Below the pieces are notes generated by a model. The model searched no databases. It had not been told where the DNA came from and was given only the letters and a program-made list of their open reading frames with translations. A program made the position numbers and the translations under genes. Positions 59,120-64,000 of a stretch of 64,000 nucleotides of DNA are shown piece by piece (within the stretch, counting starts at the first letter, position 1; the number at the start of each line of letters is the position of its first letter). Source of the stretch: Azolla caroliniana (Eukaryota; Plantae; Polypodiophyta); contig JBHGNT010000009.1 of the NCBI GenBank assembly GCA_043228905.1, forward strand, positions 5,518,001-5,582,000, given 5' to 3'.

Positions 59120-62100
59120 TGTCATAGTGTAATTTGCACACTATATGAAATATGTAAAAAATATATCCGATTTAAGTACGCATAAATAAATAAAAGAAAA
59201 TCTTTAAAATGTTGTTACATGCATAGGCCAAGATTCAAACCTTGTACCTCCATGTAAACAAACCCAAACTTTACCATTGTACTAGCTTATCATAAGTGAT
59301 CTAAATATAGATTTAATACATATAAGAGTTATATTTATGCCTATTTTTACAAAAAAAAGTAAATCATGCACTTTTAGAGTGCTTGAAAACTTTATTTGGA
59401 AGAAAAACGCAAGCCAATTACTCATGCCCATCTAGCGTGCATGAGCGTTATATTTAGGAAATAAAAAAGCATGGTTCAAAAAGGCAACTCATGCACATCT
59501 AGAGTGCATGAACACTTTAGGAAAAAGCATGATGCTATGATTAGCCTCTTCCATCACTATATAAGGAAGAGAGAAAGATGTATATGGTTGTTGATTTTTT
59601 AAAGGGTTGATTAATATAAAATATTAGTAGGATTCACAATTTTGCCATCTATTTCTCTCTTACAATCTAAGTACCAATTAATACACTATACTCGCGGAAT
59701 TCACGAGTTTTATATCTTCATCTTGCAATCTATTCGTAACAAACATTATCTCATATTCTTCTTTCTCCTAGTCCAAAACCCCAGCGATTCCCACCCGACT
59801 CACGCAACGATCCGACACCGAAAGGCCCGACACAAGCGGTGAACCCGACGTGAAGACGGGTGGCAAGGAGATGGAGAATCAACAACTGGAAACTAACAAC
59901 ATGATGACGATGTTCGAGCGCATGCTACAAGAACAACGCCCAATATCAGAGATTGCGGCGGCAGTAGAGTGGCTCGTGCAACGGAGCGGGCAATTCAACG
60001 GGAAGGATGTGTCGCGATATTTGCGGGATTACAAGGCGGAAATGCTACGTTGCGGAATATCAGAAGGATTGCAGGTGACATCCTTCAATTGGGTGGCTAC
60101 GGACGGGCTTCAAGGGAGTATCTACGGGATACGACAACAAAATCCGATGTGGGAAACATTTGAAGAAGCGATGAAGACCACGTTCGCCATTGAGGACTCC
60201 TCCAAGGCAACACGGAGGGGATTTGAAGATTGGGTGGAAACCCCAGACAAGGGGCTGAAGGTCCTCGATGTGTTTTCGGCATTCAAAAGTCGGTTCGGGA
60301 GGTTGTCCGAGAGAGATCAAGCTGTCCTCGCACCGGACAAAGTGATCATGTCCTTACAAACCGTGGATGTCCGGGACCAGAAAGATCTTGGAATGCTTCT
60401 AAAGGACACCACTACTGAGAATGGCCTCACCAATACATGGGAAAACGTGCAAGATATCGTCCCGCGATACACAAAGAGGAGGCAATGGCTTGGTAGTGAA
60501 GAAAAGAGGGTTTTGGAACCAATTCCGAAACCAAGATCCAGATTGGAAGACCATGAACCGTGGGCTCGGGAGACTACGACCGAGAAGGGAATCAATGCAA
60601 CCATGGTGGAGCAATTGGTGAAGGAGATGGAGAATTTGAAAATTGCGATGGTGAAGAAGTTGGATGACCTTCCCACAAGCTCCAAGTATATGGACCGTCG
60701 ATGCATATGGTGTGACAACACCGAACATGATCAGAGGGATTGCTACGAGCACAAGGAGGCACTACGACGGGACCTTATCTATTACGAGGGAAATCGGATT
60801 CATTCGATGGACTCTCGGAAGCCACTCCGACCGAACTTCCAAAAAGGCGGCATGAAGAAGGTCCTAGAGGAGGAAATAGCGTCGGAAAGCAATTATGCGA
60901 CAACCGCGGGGATATGTGTGGGTGAGTCATTTGGAGCAAAGGCATCTTTTTGGCCGGAAGTGCTAGAAAACCCTAAGAAAACTGACTCTAATGAGATTTG
61001 AAGCACCACGGAAGGCATCCGAGAAGCTACGGGATGGGAGTGCCCCATCGATAAGAATAGCGTGTATGCCCTATGCCAATTACATGAGGTGTATGTAGAT
61101 GAGAAATGACGGTGCACGGATGATGTGGCCGGGCCATCAAAGACGCTGAAGAGTTAGAACTCCGAAGGGAAGGGGAAAGGAAAAACAATTCCGGCATTCA
61201 AACTCGCTTCGAACATCGAGGAACAAACGGACTTAATAAAGGTGTTCGAGGAGAGAATCCTTGATAGCCGAGTAGATTTTTCTCTTTGAGAATTACTCGA
61301 AATAGTGAAGAAGTAGTTCCACGCTCTTCTTGTGGATCTCATGAAGAGAAAAAGACAAAATACGGAGGAAAATGCTCCAAGGGTGAATGCAAATACCGTT
61401 CTAGTGATTGACACCGAAGTGGAGGATGAAATTCCGAACTCCCACTACACAAGGCCACACTGGGCACACGCAACTACGGAAACTCTGGTCCGAATCGAAA
61501 ATATCAAGGAGCTTGTACTAGCATTGATTGATCACGAATCAGAGATCAATTTGATGTCCAAGGAGTTCTACTAAAAGGGGAAGTGGCCTATTAACAATAA
61601 TCATGGATGGAAGATCCGGGCAGCCACTAAAACAACAGAAGATTTATTTGCGGCTTGTCCGGATGTGACGGTGAAGGTTGAAGATGTGGAGATTGATCAA
61701 AATTTCTTCGTGCAAGATGAGGTCTCACACTCTGTGATCCTCGGGCAACCCTTTATCACGGCTTCATGGATGGAGACAAAGGTGCTCAATAGCGGAGCGG
61801 CTTTTGCACGAATTCGAAGCCAAAGCGGAGGGAAAACTGTCCAATTCCTAACTGTGCCATCAAATCACGAAAGGAACAAGAGAGAGCTCTTGTCCCAAAC
61901 AAAAATGGATTTTTAAAGCAGACAGTTGAAGAGTGGGGAAGTGATAGTCCGAGAAGCCCTGATACCCCACACAGGAAGAAACCTCTCGGAGCAAAACAAG
62001 TACGAATTGGTCCGGATGGGGCATCTACGTACACGACCGTAACCGAAGTAATGAAGAAAGAAATCCGAAAGGTGCAAGATGAGTTACGGTCTGCATCAAT

Positions 62101-64000
62101 AATAAAAGAGGACGAAGAAATTGTGGGAGTAGTTGAAGAAGTGTTCTATGGGAGCACGCTACAACGGCTTGAAGATCTTGCAAAAGAGAATAACCAGGGA
62201 GACCGGGTAGTTCCGGTGGAATCAGTCGAGATGTATGAGATCATTGCGAAAATGGGGCCGGATGTGCTCCGCAGAGAAGAAGCAATGGTATGTACGAAAT
62301 ATAAGACTGTGGAAAAGAAGGTGAAACCGGTCGCGAGACCGCTGCCCGCCGATAGTGAACAAAAGAGGAAAGGAGTCTCGGGAGATCCGAAACTTCGAAA
62401 GTCCGTGGATATCGGACATGCCTTCACAGATGAGACCCAGAAGAAACTTCGGATCGGTGGAGGTGGTTTCCTCTCACAAAATGAAGAAGAACGGTTTCGT
62501 GAGATGTTGGAGCAGCATGGAAGAGCATTTGCATTCACATCGAAAGAGATAGGGTGTGTTGACCCGAAGATAATGGAGCTGATGGTGATCTTCACGATTG
62601 ATCATGTGTCATGCAACCTGAAGCCGATTCCGGTGCCACGGCTGCATATTCCGAAAATCATTGACTTGCTCAAGGAGAAGGTGGCGATGGGGATTCTAGA
62701 GCCATCCAATGCTTCGTACTCAAATTGATGGTTTACGGTTCCGAAGAAGAATGGGTCACTCTGATTTATTCAAGATTTGCAACCGGTGAACAAGGTCACA
62801 ATCTGAAACTCTGGAGTCGGTTCGATAGTGGACGAATTTGCGGAAGCGCTTGCAGGTCGCACGATATACTCCATCGGAGACCTATACTCCGGGTATGACC
62901 AATTCCAACTAACCGTGGAGAGCCGAGACATCACTACCATGCGAACACCGATAGGATTAGTCCGGATGTGCACGCTACCACAAGGCGCGACAAACTCGGT
63001 TGCACCCTACGGCCGAAGACCATCGCCAGTCAAGATCGATGCGATTGAAGCTATGAAAGAAATATGTGAGTAACAATCTGAAGTCTGAAGATTTCTTGGG
63101 GCATGTGCATTCTATCACATATGGATTCTGCACTATGCACACATTGCGGACCCACTCTATCACTTGTTGCGGAAGGGGAAGAATTTCGAATGGAAACCGG
63201 AACATACCAAAGCCGTGAAGAAGCTCAAGAAATCACTACAGAGGGCAGAAGCAATTAAGAAGCCGAACTATGACTGACCGATTATAGTAACGGTTGATAC
63301 AAGTCCAACTGGGATCGGATGGGTCATCAATCAAGCCGATTCAGATGGTTCACGATATCTGATCTGATTCGGAGCAATGGTTCTCAACGAAAGGAAACGC
63401 GGATATGCAAAAGTTAAAAGAGAATTATGGGCAGTCGTGTCGGCGATAAAATCAGATTGAGATTACTTGATTGGAGCCGAAGTAGTGATCGAAATGGGTT
63501 GTCTTCCGATACTCGGGATGATGCGGTGTTGTAGGATACCAGATGTGGCTATGCTAAGATGGATTGCATATGTAAAGTTGCTTAATCTGGAGATACGACA
63601 CATCTCTGGAAAAGACAACGCAGTAGTAGATATGCTATCAAGGGCACGGTTTGGAGACGACATAGCCGAATCTGATAATGAAAGTGTTTCTGAAAACTAC
63701 TTTACTTCAGAGCACATATGTTGGGTGAATGTAATCCGAGAATTCCGGGAAGACGAATACGAGGGAGAAAGTTTGTTGATCGGGAAAGTGCTACAAGAAA
63801 TCGAGGAATCATTGGACAATAAAGAAAAGAGATCCGAGATCCGAGATCCGAAGTAAGAAGCGGCAAATACAACAGTTTTCTTGAACAATGGATTAATCTG
63901 GAGGGAGCCGAAAAGACCGAATGGTATACCACTACGAGTAATCGGAACAAAAGAGCAACAAAACCGGATAATGTCCGAATTTCACGAATCCGATTGGGCT
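59120..64000 (+). mobile_element. Phygy-like Ty3/gypsy element P3 (5' LTR, PBS-Trp, gag, PR, RT, RH, start of INT); continues past the window
   Basis: 5' LTR 59120-59832 is homologous to the P2 LTR (reverse complement). PBS (C)GGTGAACCCGACGTGAA 59837-59854. gag from 59871; pol collinear with P1, with many TGA/TAA stops. Confidence 0.92.
59871..64000 (+). pseudogene. P3 gag-pol pseudogene
   Basis: ORF pieces 59850-61001 (C-x2-C-x4-H-x4-C knuckle CIWCDNTEHDQRDC), 61332-61916, 62051-62728, 62828-63073 and 63467-63856. Confidence 0.9.

Overview
Plant nuclear DNA, probably from a moss or other bryophyte. This is inferred from the co-occurrence of tRNA-Trp-primed non-chromovirus Ty3/gypsy (Phygy-like) elements and self-primed Tcn1-like chromoviruses. 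Two nested LTR-retrotransposon blocks (1-14.5 kb and 37.5-64 kb) flank a gene island with two convergent intron-containing genes. One encodes a ~1520-aa Ser/Asn/Glu-rich protein with a C-terminal coiled coil (+, 21711-29313). The other encodes a ~216-aa protein with the MGGGPRTxPGGVSKWQWKRM motif (-, 33064-30689). Element boundaries, LTR pairs, PBS, PPT and target-site duplications (TSDs) could be read for most elements. Most notable: (1) tRNA-gene-like Pol III A-box/B-box cassettes sit antisense in the U3 of LTRs from two unrelated gypsy lineages; (2) three chromovirus elements lack a tRNA PBS and instead have 11-12 nt self-priming PBS/R complementarity, and in one the U5 end is inverted exactly at that junction; (3) a young gag-only element has an intact 665-aa ORF with a novel C-terminal half; (4) a non-coding element has very long LTRs and a tRNA-Arg PBS; (5) introns and the leader of the host genes are built from decayed duplications of splice-junction-like units. 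Everything was read by eye, with no database searches; lineage names are inferences.
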